DNA of 64,000 nt from Octopus vulgaris (taxonomy: Eukaryota): NCBI GenBank assembly GCA_951406725.2, contig OX597830.1:41168001-41232000 (forward strand), read 5' to 3'. Shown here piece by piece: positions 1 through 12,443 of this stretch (its first letter is position 1; each line of letters begins with the position of its first letter). Under the pieces are notes generated by a model. The model ran no database searches. It saw only the letters and a list, made by a program, of their open reading frames with translations, and was not told the DNA's origin. The translations under genes and the position numbers were made by a program.

Positions 1-44
1 GAGCCATGTGCGATAGTGCAGAGTCTTACTGAAACACATATTGC

Positions 45-742
45 ATACAGGGCTTAACAATTATTTCCAGGACCTCAATGTAGATGGTAGAGTTAACTCT
101 AAGGCCTCATGGAAAGAAGTAAAGAGGTATCACATGTCCTTCATTACTGACAACCCTTAAAAACCATGACAGTTGCAGGAAAGTTTGTGTGCGTGACACT
201 TGGAACTTCAGAAGGGTCTGCACATAATCATCTGTCATTTCTGTTAACTTTTTGATCTTGGTCAAAGTTTTTCTCATTTGAGAAAAAACAAATCAAATCT
301 GCTGCTAGATTTTTCAGTTTGTTTAAGAACCTTTTAGATCTAATGTGATTTTCTTTTGCTTTTTCTGACAAAGTGTCCTCATTGACGTTCTGGGATTGTA
401 ATCAGTAGTCTGTTGAAGTTGCTGGATAAATTCAGGTATTCTGATGATTTCAGAGTATTTAGAATGCTTTTTATGCTTTGACACTGGTGATACATTTCCA
501 TCTTCATTCTCTAGCTCCTTACAAACTTTGTAGAGGAAAGATCTGGCAACTTTTTAAAAATCGAGATATTTCTAAATCATTATGCTCAGCCTTTATAACC
601 ACAATAACAGCATGGCTCTTCATTTCTTGTGTCAGCTGAGGGTCTGCCATTATTATTTTCTGAAACAAAGATTATACATAGTTAGCAAAAAATGTAGCAA
701 TGACCCAAAAAAGGTATGTCCTCGAATGCCTTATGCACCCTG
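45..742 (-). mobile_element. Decayed Tc1/mariner-superfamily (maT/DD37D-like) DNA transposon, 5' part, with transposase pseudogene (ATG at 650)
   Basis: Manual minus-strand translation across frameshifts and stops: MADPQLTQEMKSHAVIVVIKAEHNDLEISRFLK/VARSFLYKVCKELE...IRIPEFIQQLQQTTDYNPRTSMR..SEKAKENHIRSKRFLNKLK...FFSNEKNFDQDQKVNRNDR*LCADPSEVP..HTNFPATVMVFGVVSNEGHVIPLYFFP*GLRVNSTIYIEVLEIIVKP. This matches the typical FSDEKxF and VMVxGVVSxEG transposase motifs. The terminus reads TA|CAGGGTG at 744-736. Confidence 0.85.
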
Positions 743-1289
743 TAGAAGTTTTGCTCCTGAGACACAACATTATTTCTACAACAAGATGCAAACTCATTCA
801 AAGGGGACAAACTGGCAGAATTGTGACTGAACCTGACAAAATGCTTTATACCATTTCTTCTGACTTTACACTCTGAACTCAAATGTTGCCAAGGAAAGAG
901 CACCCATGCTGGTGCCATGTGAAGAAAGCCTGTTGCTAATTCAGGAAGTACTGCCTTGTCACACAGTGTGTCTCGCTGATTCTGTTTGGGAATTACTTTA
1001 AGGGTACATGTCTGTGGAATACTCAGCTAAAATAGTTTTAGTGCAACAACCCTTTTCTTACGATGCTGCTCGGCTTATGACAGTTCCATCAAAGGCGATG
1101 ACAGTCAATCCAAGGCATTCATTCTCTTCCGTCTCCTGTGCATTGTTTCTCATGGGAGCAGATGTAGCTGACAAGACCAATGTGAAATAGACAGATCCTG
1201 TGGTACTGATGGCACTGAAAGTGACTCCGAACAACAGCCACAGCGGGTTGATGATGATGATGATGTTTCCCCTTCTCTTCATGCAGTCT

Positions 1290-1492
1290 TCATGTTAAAA
1301 TACACAGTCTTAGTTTCAATTAATTTTGAAAATACTTAAGAATTTAGTGAAATTAAACACATCCTTACAGTGTTTGGAACATATATCAGCATGAAATTTT
1401 GATGGAATGTTTTAAATAAAGACATTTTAAAACTGGGAGTTTGTATCAGAAAGCTGGAGCAGTTTCAGGCAGGTTGAGATCAAAAGGGTTAA
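1290..1492 (+). mobile_element. TTAA-type (piggyBac-like) MITE, diverged copy
   Basis: Similar to 17048-17608 (tttcaattaatttt...gaatttagt...cagtttcag..ggttg..) and ends aaaaggg|ttaa. Confidence 0.55.
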
Positions 1493-2399
1493 AACATGTA
1501 ATATAGGGTCAACTTTGCATATAGGACCCAGTGTGGTATTTTGAGAATTTTTTTTCTTTGAAGGCAGGGTCAAAAGTACATCCTATATATCATCAAATAT
1601 GGTAATTATAATGCTTTGTAGTATGGTGGTTTTGCTTGGCAGTACAATTACGATATTATGTAACAATGCTGTAATATTTTATAAAATATGAGTTAAATAT
1701 TCTGAAAACAAAAATAATGGTAATGTGTAGTTATTTCTCACAAAGTGAAAGTAAAATTCTATTATCTTAAATGGAAATACTTCTTAAGAGTTAAAAAAAG
1801 AAAAAAAAAACATTCTAGAGTTGTTCCAATGTTAGCTTATTACCAGTGATATTGCAGAGTTTGTTTTGTTGTATTTCATTTATATATTTATATTTCTACC
1901 ATTAACCTGTCTGATTATTGATGAAGAAAGAGCTGTAAATGTCATCTTGCTAATATGAATCATACTTTAATGTCTGCACTTTAGCTGTTTTCCATTTGTT
2001 TTGTCAGGGAATTAAAATAATTATGTATTTTCTTTCTCTTTTTTCCTTTTACCATTCCTTTATTAATTTTAATAAAATTTGCTTAGTAATAAAATTTCTT
2101 AAGCAAAAAAACACAAAAAGTAAGAAAAATAATATTAATAGTAATAATAAAAATTAATTTTCCTCTTAGAAATTCACTTTGAATTATTATAATGAAGTCA
2201 TTTATAAAAGGTACCATTAATAAAATATGTAATATTTTGAAAAATGTCATATCACTTACTTAATCTTAAAAATTACTGTTCTTGCTTTTGTTGTTGTTGT
2301 TAAACCCTGTGCAGGCTCTGATTGAACAGGCCAACAATCAAAAGCATTCCACTCATGACCATCTCAGCCTTTTTTAGGATTATGTATTCTCAATTCCCT

Positions 2400-2843
2400 T
2401 GCAGGATGTGCTAATAGCATTAGCTATTTGATTTATAGTCAATCACCTGTCATCCATAACCATGTGGTGAACACATTCTACGTTTTCCTTGGTGATGGCA
2501 GTTGCAGGATGTCCAGACCTTGGGCCTTCTTCAAGGCTCACCCTTCTCCTCCGCTGTTGTTAAAGCTGGGGTGTCATACCCTAATGTAGCAACCATGTTA
2601 GCCTGAATATCAATGGGAGCTAAACCCTTTTCCTGCAGGTACTTTATAACACTGCCAAATTTTGTCCATTTTCAAGAGAAGTCGTTAGTTACTTTTGAAG
2701 TCTTCTTTGAACAGTGAAATGTCATTTTACATGGAAAGAAACTATGTTGTTGTTAATTAGGAGAGTTGAAATTAATGCATGCAAGATTTCACAGTCCTAG
2801 CATCACTCCTTCATAGTCAAACTATGAATTTTTCAGCCCACCC
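2400..2843 (-). mobile_element. Decayed mariner (DD34D-type) transposon 5' fragment with transposase N-terminus (ATG at 2669)
   Basis: Minus-strand translation with frameshifts: MDKIW/VIKYLQEKGLAPIDIQANMVATLGYDTPALTT/RVSLEEGPRSGHPATAITKENVECVHHMVMDDR*LTINQIANAIS. This is the mariner HTH region with an RSGRP-like motif. TIR-like gggtgggctgaaaa at the 5' end. Confidence 0.85.
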
Positions 2844-3079
2844 TTATTGCTTTACTGCCCACAAGGGGCTACACACAGAGGGGACAAACAAGGACAGACA
2901 AATGGATTAAGTTGATTACATCGACCCCAGTGCATAACTGGTACTTAATTTATCGACTCCTGAAAGGATGAAAGGCAAAGTCGACCTCAGCGGAATTTGA
3001 ACTCAGAACGCAACGGCAGATAAAATAGCACTAAGAATTTTGCCCGGTGCACTAACGTTTCTGCCAGCTCGCCCACCTT
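2844..3079 (-). mobile_element. SINE family B (tRNA-like head, MetaSINE-like central domain), near full length, tail variant 1
   Basis: Head ggcgagctggcagaa..gttag, B-box-like gagttcaaattcc, central gactttgcctttcatcctttc-ggggtcgataaattaagtaccag; many copies in the window. Confidence 0.85.
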
Positions 3080-3859
3080 TGTAAAACAACATCTAATACA
3101 GCTGGCCTGCTTAGGCTGTAGGGTGTGATTTGAGAGAAATTTGGTTGCTATTTTTAGCAAGCCAGGTAATTATGTCTTCCTCAGTTGTATAACATCAAGC
3201 ACAACAGTCTTCCAGTTTCAGGAATATCAACCTAAAGTAAGAAACTGCAGCAAATAAATTGCTCTGTCAAGCTAATTAATATCATCATCAGCTAGTTAAT
3301 GAAAAAGCTGTTACAAGATGGCAGCCATGATTCAAATGGCCTCTCTTAATTGGTCTGCTTCAATCAGGGCTAAACAACTGCAAATCATCAACATTTATAT
3401 ATTACATCTATTGTTGGTGTCATGCAGTGGCCCTCAAACTGTGCACCAGTGCATACTGGTACACCTCAAAATGTATCTAGGTTCAGTGCAGAATTCTAAA
3501 AATATGCTTTTTATCATCTTTTTGCAACACCTCTTAACATTATCATTACAACCATCATATCTCTACACCACCACAGCCATCATCATCATCATTGCCACCA
3601 CTACTGTAACCTTCATCATAACCATCAACATCATCATCAAGATCACAGACACCATCATTATCTTTTTCCTCTTCCTCCTCCTCACCATCAATCTAATGCA
3701 TTGTGAAGCCTGTGCCAAGTGGTTAGAGTGTTACGCTCAAGATAGATGGTTGTGTTTTCAATTGGTGGCCCAGACAGTACATTGTATCCTTCAGCAAGAC
3801 ATTCGTTTTATTGCTCCCGACTACTTGGCTGTAGACGAGAACCAGCCACTTGTTGGTGC

Positions 3860-4064
3860 AGCCAGCAATGAATTGTTACCATGCCTGGCAAAATGCTTAG
3901 CAGCAATTCAGCCGTCTTTCTGAGTTCAAATTCTGCTGAGGTAAGCTTTGTCTTTGATCTTTTCTGGATCAATAAAATAAGCACCACCTGAGCACTGCAT
4001 GGGGGTGGGAGCCAACTTGCCTCTACTCCCCAAATTGCTGGCCTTGTGCCAAAATTTGAAACCA
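3860..4064 (+). mobile_element. SINE family B, diverged
   Basis: aaatgcttag...ctgagttcaaattctgctgagg...ataaaataagcacc...ggccttgtgccaaaatttgaaacc. Confidence 0.75.
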
Positions 4065-6607
4065 ATATTAAATTCAGCTGAACTGATCAGACATTAGATA
4101 TTAAAATTAGCTAACTGTATTTCCTTCCTCTCTGAAGTTAATGTTTCAAGTCTGACTGTTTCAAGTATATCTTGACAGACAATAAAACATATTACATTTA
4201 ATAGAAATTTGTCATAGCTTTGTCATAACATATTACCATTTCCAGTGCTTTCAAATTTCTTTGATTCTTATGTGATCTATAATGTAAGAAAATCTTTAAG
4301 TAATAACTGGGTTTTTTTGGGGTGTTTCCCCCACTTCACCCTACCCCCTTTACGTTATTCTTTAATTTCTCTGCCAATATTAGAGAAGTCGAATCTCTCA
4401 GTGATAAAGAACTGTTGTTTATATTTGCAATAGTTAGCATATCTAGAGTTTCCAGCTTGTTTTCTTGTTGTTTCATCTAATGCTGACAATTCTTTAAGTG
4501 GCTCGGTAAAAAATTTAAATAGCAAATCCTTCCTCAATCAAACCTTATGGCCTTCAATTTAGAAAAGTTAAGAATTCCATGAAAAACATTGTTAGATAAA
4601 TAAAATTTCCTAGAAGATGTGTTACATCATGTTTCTTGTTATTTCTGATTAAATCTACTCTAATATTGCCGTAAATCAAAAACTCCCATAAAGATATTAG
4701 CTTTATAACTGAAATAAAAGCCGTATATAATTTTATCCCTTTCTTTCTGCTTGACAACGTTCTTTTTTTTTTTTTTCCTTTATTTCACTTGCGATATTTA
4801 TTTTGTGGCCTTTTCAAACAAATCTTTAAATGTTTTATTTATTGAAGTAAAAAACATTTAGTAAATATTACTGAATTAATAGCATTTGCCGAAGCGTACT
4901 TAACTTATTGAATAGCGATCAAGGAAAATTTGATTATGACCAAAATAAACAACAAAAATGAAAAATAAAGAATAAAAAAAAGATATCCCCTCCTTTGAGC
5001 AACAAACTTTTAGATGTGGATAAGAGAGTTAATTATAACTGAAAACTTTTATTTATTTTCTGTTCTTTATTTTTTTAATTGTCTTAACATGTCTTTTGTT
5101 CTTTTTTTTTTCACGTTTTTTTCTCTATTTCCATACGAACACACATGCACACTAACACAGTATTATATGATTGGTTTCCCATATATCCTATGTGTATGGG
5201 TGTGTATATAAATATGAAGACACCCACACCTTTTGTAATTAAGTTACAGGGAAACAGCTATTTTCGGATTGTCACAAATCACATTATCACTCACTCACTC
5301 TCTCGCTGTCTGTCTGTCTCTCTCTCTCTCCCTCCGCCTGTCTATCTATCTATCTATCTATCTATCTCCATCTTTTTATCCATTGCTTTCTCTCTCAAGT
5401 TCTGATTTTCCCAATTTCAGTTATCAGTTTTAGTGGGGGTGGAGGAAAAATAAATAAACAAACAAATAAATAAATAAAAGGAAAGGTTTGATGCTGCTCT
5501 GGAAAACGATCTCATTCGTTCATTCATTTAAGGGGAAATCTTATTTTGTTTACTTTCACAGGAATATTTGCTTCCTGAGAAATCACAATGGCAATGAATG
5601 GTTTTATACTGGAAACAATTTAATAGAAGCATGAAATTAATATTAAGAAGATATTTGACAGTATACTGAATACTCTTGTCAGAACTTCAAGACTTCTTAC
5701 TTTACTCTTTTTTTCTTTATTTATTTATTTTAATATCTTCGTTAATCTATGGCTGTTGTTTCCCTCCCACTTTTTACTTTTACGATTTCATTTCATTTAT
5801 TAATCTGCTTTTAATATTTTGTTTCTTTTAGTTGTTGTCTTTATTTTTTTTTTTTAATTTCTCATATCAATTCTCTGTAACTTGTATCATTCTTTAATCT
5901 CTATATTGAGTTAGGTTGATAAAAATTCAGAAGAGACATTCTGACTTTACAGCTACCGATTATATGATTAATCAGCTGAAGAATTTCTCCTTTGCACTAT
6001 GTATTTAGTTTATGTTACTGTGCAAACTGGAATACTTTTACAAGAGAGGTGAGGTGAAACGAGTTGTTTCCTTCTTGATTCTGATTTCATTCCACTTCCA
6101 CCCGCCCACCCAACTCTTCTCCTTTCATTTTGTTCTTATTTTATTTTGATTTTCATTTATTTATTTATTTATTTATTTGGTTCATACAGAAATTAATAAA
6201 AGGTTAGTGGCAGTAATGCACATGAGAAAAATAGTTCTTTTAAAAGGAAAGAAAAAATTCTAAAAATAAAAACTACCCAAAGAATGGTGCTATAATTGAA
6301 GATATCGTCAAGTTGCACAATAACTTAGTAAAAAGAAAAACAAAAAAATGATTATATAAAAATACCTTCAATTTTTAAGATTTTAATCAGAAAAATTAGA
6401 GCCAAAAAAAAAAAAAAAAGGAAAATGGTAAAATAAGAAATGTAAAAATAAAATTGCTAACGGAAATTATTATAAGTGTGAAACATTGAGAAATTTTGGT
6501 AACAGAAATTCCCAATTAATTTAAGAAACATATACAAAAACCATTCTGAAGCATTCCTTGTTCCATTCCACCTTTGCTTCAAATGTTTTTACTGGTCATA
6601 TATATAT

Positions 6608-7121
6608 ATCATCATCATCACTATCATTGTTTGACGTCCACTTTTTCATGCTCATATGGGTCAAATGGAATTCTTTGAAGTGGATTTTCTACTGTATGGC
6701 CTGATATCCTTCTTGTCATCAACCCTCACCTGTCTTCAGGTAAGGTTATGTTTCTCACATGGCCAGACATGTTTTCATGGAAGGTTGGAAATTAAGGACA
6801 CCACTTGCCTGACAGTGACACTCGCTTACAACTGTCATGTGATGCCAAGGCAAGGAGACAGTAACGCATACACACACCATCATCATCATTATCATCATTC
6901 AACACCCCTTTTCCATGCTGGCATGGGTTGGACAGTTTAACAAGAACAGAGGAGCCAGAGAGAGAGAGAGCTGTGCCAGCCTCTTTGTTTGCTTTGGCAT
7001 GGTTTCAGCAGTTGGATGCTTTTCTTCTTAACACCATCTTCTTAACAATGTAAAGGTATCTTCTTACATAGCACTTGCACAGGTGAGGTTGCCAAGTACC
7101 TACAAGACAAAACCCCTTAAC

Positions 7122-7178
<57 letters not shown>

Positions 7179-7340
7179 ACAACAGGCTCTTTCAGCTTCT
7201 ATCTACAAAATCCACTCATAAGTTTTTTGCTGCCCCAGGGCTATAGTAGAAGAAACTTGCTCAAGGTGCCACACAGAGGGAGTGAACCATGAACTGTGTG
7301 GCTGGAAAGTAAACTTCTTACCACACAGCTACGCCTGTTC
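6608..7340 (-). mobile_element. Cluster of (GAT)n-tailed family E/A' SINE fragments plus a family A head
   Basis: Two catcatcat-flanked segments with ttccatgct..gcatggg and ggatgc motifs, a (TG)n run at 7124-7174, then the family A head reverse complement ending ccacacagctacgcc. Confidence 0.7.
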
Positions 7341-8076
7341 CTAGTAAACTTCAATTCACCTCATCATTTATTAATTGTATAGCATCTTATAATCATAATT
7401 ATGATGTTGAAACAGATGTAACAATTTCCACATGATTTACCGTGTAAAATAATTTTGTGTATCGATACATACCTTTTGTAAAATAATTGTTAGTCTTGTT
7501 GCCTTTGTTATATTACTTACAAATGGTTCAGAATTATATTATGAGGTAAAAACATTACAGACAGAAGAGAACAGAACAGAAAATGATGACAGAATAGTAA
7601 TCACTTCAATTCTCTTCTTTGAAAATAGATACTTGATGCTGCTTTCTAGTTTCTCTAAGAACTACAAACCAGATTGTAATAATATAATATAATATAATGT
7701 AATTTAATGTAATATAATTAATACTCTTTCAGCTATCTGATCCCAATATATTGTGGTAGAATTAAGTGATTGAGTGACTTTCTGTTGGGTTCTTTTTTTC
7801 TCTTCTTTTTTTTTTTTATTCCTTTCTTTTACCAATTTGCTTTATTTTTCTGCCTACTTATTTACCCTTCTTATGTGTATTATCAGAATAAAAGCATTGC
7901 CTCATGTCATTATTTTACTTTGAGGTTTCTTTAAAATTATACCTTACAAAGTGATTTGCAGTGAGCCAAAACGAATTATCTTAAATTAAAAGTTATTTAT
8001 GAAGAACAACCTTTCTTTCGAGGTTTCACTTATTATTCTAATTTTTATTATCATTATTGCTGTTGTTGTTATTTTT

Positions 8077-8111
<35 letters not shown>

Positions 8112-8530
8112 TATTGTTGTTGTTATGATTCTGTAGTTTAGTCACTTGATAAGATTCCATCAGCAATGTCATAGGTGTTCTCTTTGAGTATTTTTGATTT
8201 TATATTATTATCTCAATACACCCTCCGACTTCACCCCTTCTTCCACGTGTGGAAATTCTTCCTTTTTACAATTCCATTTCAAGGCTTCACTAAAAGTTGA
8301 AGTTAGTAATGATAGTAAGTCCTTCTCGACCTTTATTTATTTATTTTTTGTTTTAAATCATTTCAATTTTCCAATAATTAAGGTCGATGAGTTTGTTTCG
8401 ACCCTGTGACAATTTGCGTTCATTCTTACAAGTTAATAAATCACTTCCTAGTTATATTTGTTTCAAATTTTGGCACAACGCCAGCTAGTTCAGAAGAGTG
8501 GGGGGATAAGTTGATTACAATGACCCCAGT

Positions 8531-8665
8531 ACAATTCTATATTTGAGAGATGAGGAATTATGTACATTATTTACATTTGTCCTCATCTTGTTTCTTGTTA
8601 ACATAATGTTTTGACTGATATACTCTCCAGCCTTCATCAGGTGTCTTGGAAATTCCAGGCAGTGA

Positions 8666-8704
<39 letters not shown>

Positions 8705-8870
8705 TAATAACAACTACAACAATAACATTGAAAAATACCTCAGGAATGAGAACCCAGGTCTGAAATTTCCCCCAAAACACCTGATGAAGGCTGGAGGGTA
8801 TATCAGCCAAAACATTGTGTTAACAACAAACAAGATGAGGACAAATATCCGTCAAATGTAAATAATGTAA
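8531..8870. mobile_element. Non-autonomous Penelope-like element terminus as an inverted pair around (AAT)n, carrying hammerhead motifs
   Basis: 8560-8655 is the reverse complement of about 8765-8870. Both arms contain cacCTGATGAaggctggag(a/g)gtatatcag(t/c)c-aaaacatt. Same family as 9372-9608. Confidence 0.7.
8775..8822 (+). ncRNA. Minimal type I hammerhead ribozyme motif, degenerate copy (GAAA mutated to AAAA)
   Basis: CTGATGA at 8781-8787, helix II ggctg/cagcc, helix I acac/gtgt; intact GAAA is seen in the sister arms at about 9441-9444 (minus strand) and 9507-9510. Confidence 0.55.
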
Positions 8871-9371
8871 ATATTGATTCCAGTGTTCAACTGGTACTTA
8901 TTTTATTGATCCCAAAAGGATGAAAGGCAAAGCCAACCTTGGCAGAATTGGAACGTGGAATGTAAGGATGGATGAAATGTTGCATTTTGCTTGGCATGCT
9001 AACAATTCTGCCAGCTTTTTCATTTTCTGTCTGCCAATTCTAATCCAAGGCTTTTGTTAACCTTGCACTATGTTAGTAAACACTTGCTTAAGGTGCTGCA
9101 AGGTAGGACTGAACTTAAGACCATGCAGTTGCAAAGTGAGCTTTTTAACTACACATTCATGATATTACAATTAGTAAATGGTGACTTGAAATTTGCTTTT
9201 CAATCTGACCAACCAAAAAAAAAACAAAAACCAGAAGCAAGGATGAGGTTTTCCGAATGGTGTCCATCTTTGAAAGAGCTGACAATCCTCTAGCAATGTA
9301 AGTTTTAACGTCCTTCTTTTGATGCCAAAGAATACGTGTTTTTTATTTTAGAGGCAACAAATAAAAGTGAC

Positions 9372-9608
9372 ATTATTTACTTTATTTAGATTATTTACAT
9401 TTGACAGATATTTGTCCTCATCTTTGTTGTTAACACAACATTTCAGTTGATATACCCTCCAGCCTCCATCAAGTGTCTTGGAGAAATTTTGACCCTGGGT
9501 TCTCATTCCTCAGGCCGAAACATTGTGTTAACAACAAACAAGATGAGGACAAATGCCCATCAAATGTAAATAATGTACATAATTCCTCATCTCTTAAATA
9601 TAGAACTG
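9372..9608. mobile_element. Second inverted-pair copy of the hammerhead-bearing Penelope-like mini-element, with 13-bp target-site duplication
   Basis: aaataaaagtgac at 9359-9371 and 9609-9621; minus arm about 9390-9503 and plus arm 9504-9608 (gccGAAAcattgtgttaacaacaaacaagatgagg...ctcttaaatatagaactg). Confidence 0.75.
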
Positions 9609-11205
9609 AAATAAAAGTGACGTTGACCATCTGACAGAAGTCTTTGGGGTATTTGTTTTGGTTCTCTACACTCTGTTTTCTGCCATAATACAACAGAATA
9701 TAAGTAATCAAAAGTAAATTTAAATTTAGTGGTTCATGATTAAGAAACAAAATATTAAAATAAATGAAATGAAATCGTAAAAGTAAAAAGTGGGAGGTAA
9801 ACAACAGCCATAGATTAATCATGAATTTTGTGCAGAACCTTCAGAAAAATATGAGTCATTAGTTTCCTTCCAAAACTGGCTGAGTGTCAAGTCAGGTGTG
9901 CCAAATAATCAACACCCAAACAGCAATGCCCAATTGTCTCAATCCGAAACTTTTCATAGATGCAGGGGACGTATATCTATATAGAAAAGTTGGAAATTGA
10001 TTCCACAAGTTGATAATAAACTGATGATGAATTAGCAGAAAATAAAGAGGTAACATGATTGATTTATGCAGTAAAAGAATTATTGTGTATTACGGCTTAA
10101 AGTATTTCTTCATTGTGAAAAACAGCAGACCAGGCATAATTTTTAAACGTTCCAAATTTTCCACATCTTTGTGAAGACATTGATTCTACTGCTACAACTA
10201 TAGGTTAACGATACAATTAATTACATTCTCAGCAGAAAAAGTACTCTAAATTAATAATGGTACTCTAAAAATAAAAGTAATGCAACCGAGAGATGTAATT
10301 ATAGGAAACCAATAGGATGAAGTGTGCTGGGGGAAGGGCCAGATATGGAAGGAGTGAAAGAGTTAGAGAAAGGATAATTAATGGAAGATTTTAAGTCAAT
10401 GATATACAGTGTTGTTTTGTGTTAGGACACGAGAGTGTTAATTCTATATTCCCAACGAGCTAACTACACCAGAAATAAATGGTATTACTTTACTCTGCTG
10501 ATGTAAAAACGACATTTAACAGAGTTTGATTCTTTGTTTTGTTTAGTGCTTCCCCCCCCCCCTAACCGTTTTTTTTCCTAGCATGTTAACTAGGGAATAA
10601 ATGAGCCAGTTAATTGTAGATGAATGACTCATAATATTCATTTTATGTTAACAATAAGTTTATGTTTGAAAATATTACAAACACTCTTGATAAAATGTTA
10701 AGTATGGAAATTGTATCAATCAAGTTAGGCTAGATATATATTCAACAGGGAGGATGCTGCTTATATTTGCAATTGCAAAAAGAAGGGGTAAATTAAAACA
10801 AAGACTTTGATGAGAGCCCATTTTACAAAACAAAGCATGTTTAAAGTAAGTATGTGTAACCTGTACCAATAATGTTTCGGGTTTTGGCATCTAGTCTAGA
10901 AAATGGACTGGTTGAAGTAGACCATCAGTTTGACATAAGTAGTGAAACTGGTGAGTGATGAAACAGTTAAGATATTAAAGTACATACATGAAACATAATG
11001 TTAGTTAGGTCCATATGTAATGACTGTCTATAGACTGTAGCAGTGAATCATAGAAGTTGTATGTAATTTCTGTTACCAAGGGGACCTAATTATTACTGGT
11101 AGTTGTGGATCTGAGGATTGTAAAGTAATAAACATTTTCATTAGATAAAAGAAAATTTTTAACAGCCTACTTATATTAATAATAAATAATCTCTCTCTCC
11201 CCCTT

Positions 11206-11252
<47 letters not shown>

Positions 11253-12225
11253 ATATAAATAGCGAGTGGAGTGTTGCTTGTATTTGACATGCAATAGTTT
11301 ATGGCAGTGAAACATAGGTTGTTAATAGCAGAAGATTATTTACTATAAAGCATGACAGACAGTGAAAAAAGATTTGAGTAGATAAGATGGGAAAGCTGAA
11401 GTGAAAAATTATATTCCCTCAAGAATTTGATACTTGAAGACAGAGACAGATTGTGAGAAGGAGAGAGAGACAGAGACAGATTGTGAGAAGAAGAGAGAGA
11501 GAGAGACAGAGGTGGGGAGATTATCAGTAAAATTTTAATTAAATGTTTAGGTATGATATGTGTGGTTCTAGTGAAATAATAGTGAATAGTTTTGATAAGT
11601 GCACATGCTATAAGGTTGCAGTATACAGCAGCATTCTAAAGCTGTGGTCTTATCTCACAACTTTGAGCTCCTCCTCCTTCTGCAGGCTGCTTTGATAAGC
11701 AATAAATTTCTGCAGTAAACTGATTTCAGATAATTCACGTATATGCTTATGTACTGTATGATGTATGCAAAAAAAAAAACAAACGAAAAAACTTAATGAA
11801 TTGAAAACTGACTCCTAATGGCAGTTGTTAGCAACTGTCAAGGAAAAGGGGAAATAATTTCAAGACGTTAAGGCTAAATAGTGGAGGAAATTGAATCTTC
11901 ATGCTTAGAAGGAAAATTTGATCTTTTAGCAAACAAGGAGACAACTATAGGCATGTTTCTATTGTATTAGACATCAACAGCAAAGCATAGTCTGTTCAGG
12001 CATACTTTAATCTGTGGACAAAGTGTTATAAAAATTATTCACTAGTATAATTTTCATAATTACAAAATGTGAGCTAAGGAAATATAAACAATATATCTCA
12101 CTTCCGATATGTTTCTGCACTTCGTTCTGGATTGCATAAGTAAGCCATGGCCTACATAATAGCATTAACACTTTATTCACCATAAAGATGATGATGATGA
12201 TGATGATAACAACAACAACAACAAT

Positions 12226-12443
12226 AATCCCTTCTACTAAAGGCACAAGGCCTGAAATTTTAGGGGAGGGGACTAGTTGATTACATCGATCCCAGTGTTT
12301 CACTGGTACTTAATTCATTGACCCTGAAAGGATGAAAGGCAAAGTCGACCCTGGCAGAATTTGAACTCAGAACATAAAGATGGATGAAATGCTGCTAAGC
12401 ATTTTGCCCGGCATGCTAATTATTCTGCCAGCTTGCTACCTTT
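12226..12443 (-). mobile_element. SINE family B, full length, flanked by GAT/AAC and AAT repeats
   Basis: Clear match to the family B consensus (gaaaggatgaaaggcaaagtcgac...gaatttgaactcagaac). Confidence 0.85.

Larger units (their letters stand above)
8460..9016 (-). mobile_element. SINE family B interrupted by the hammerhead-bearing element
   Basis: The tail (8460-8530) and body/head (8872-9016) are colinear with other B copies; the gaccccagt/gattccagt segment is duplicated on both sides of the insert. Confidence 0.75.

Noticed and set aside
3318-3923. 201-aa ORF
   Set aside because: Kept open by ATC/ACC repeats and runs into decayed SINE sequence; no recognisable domain
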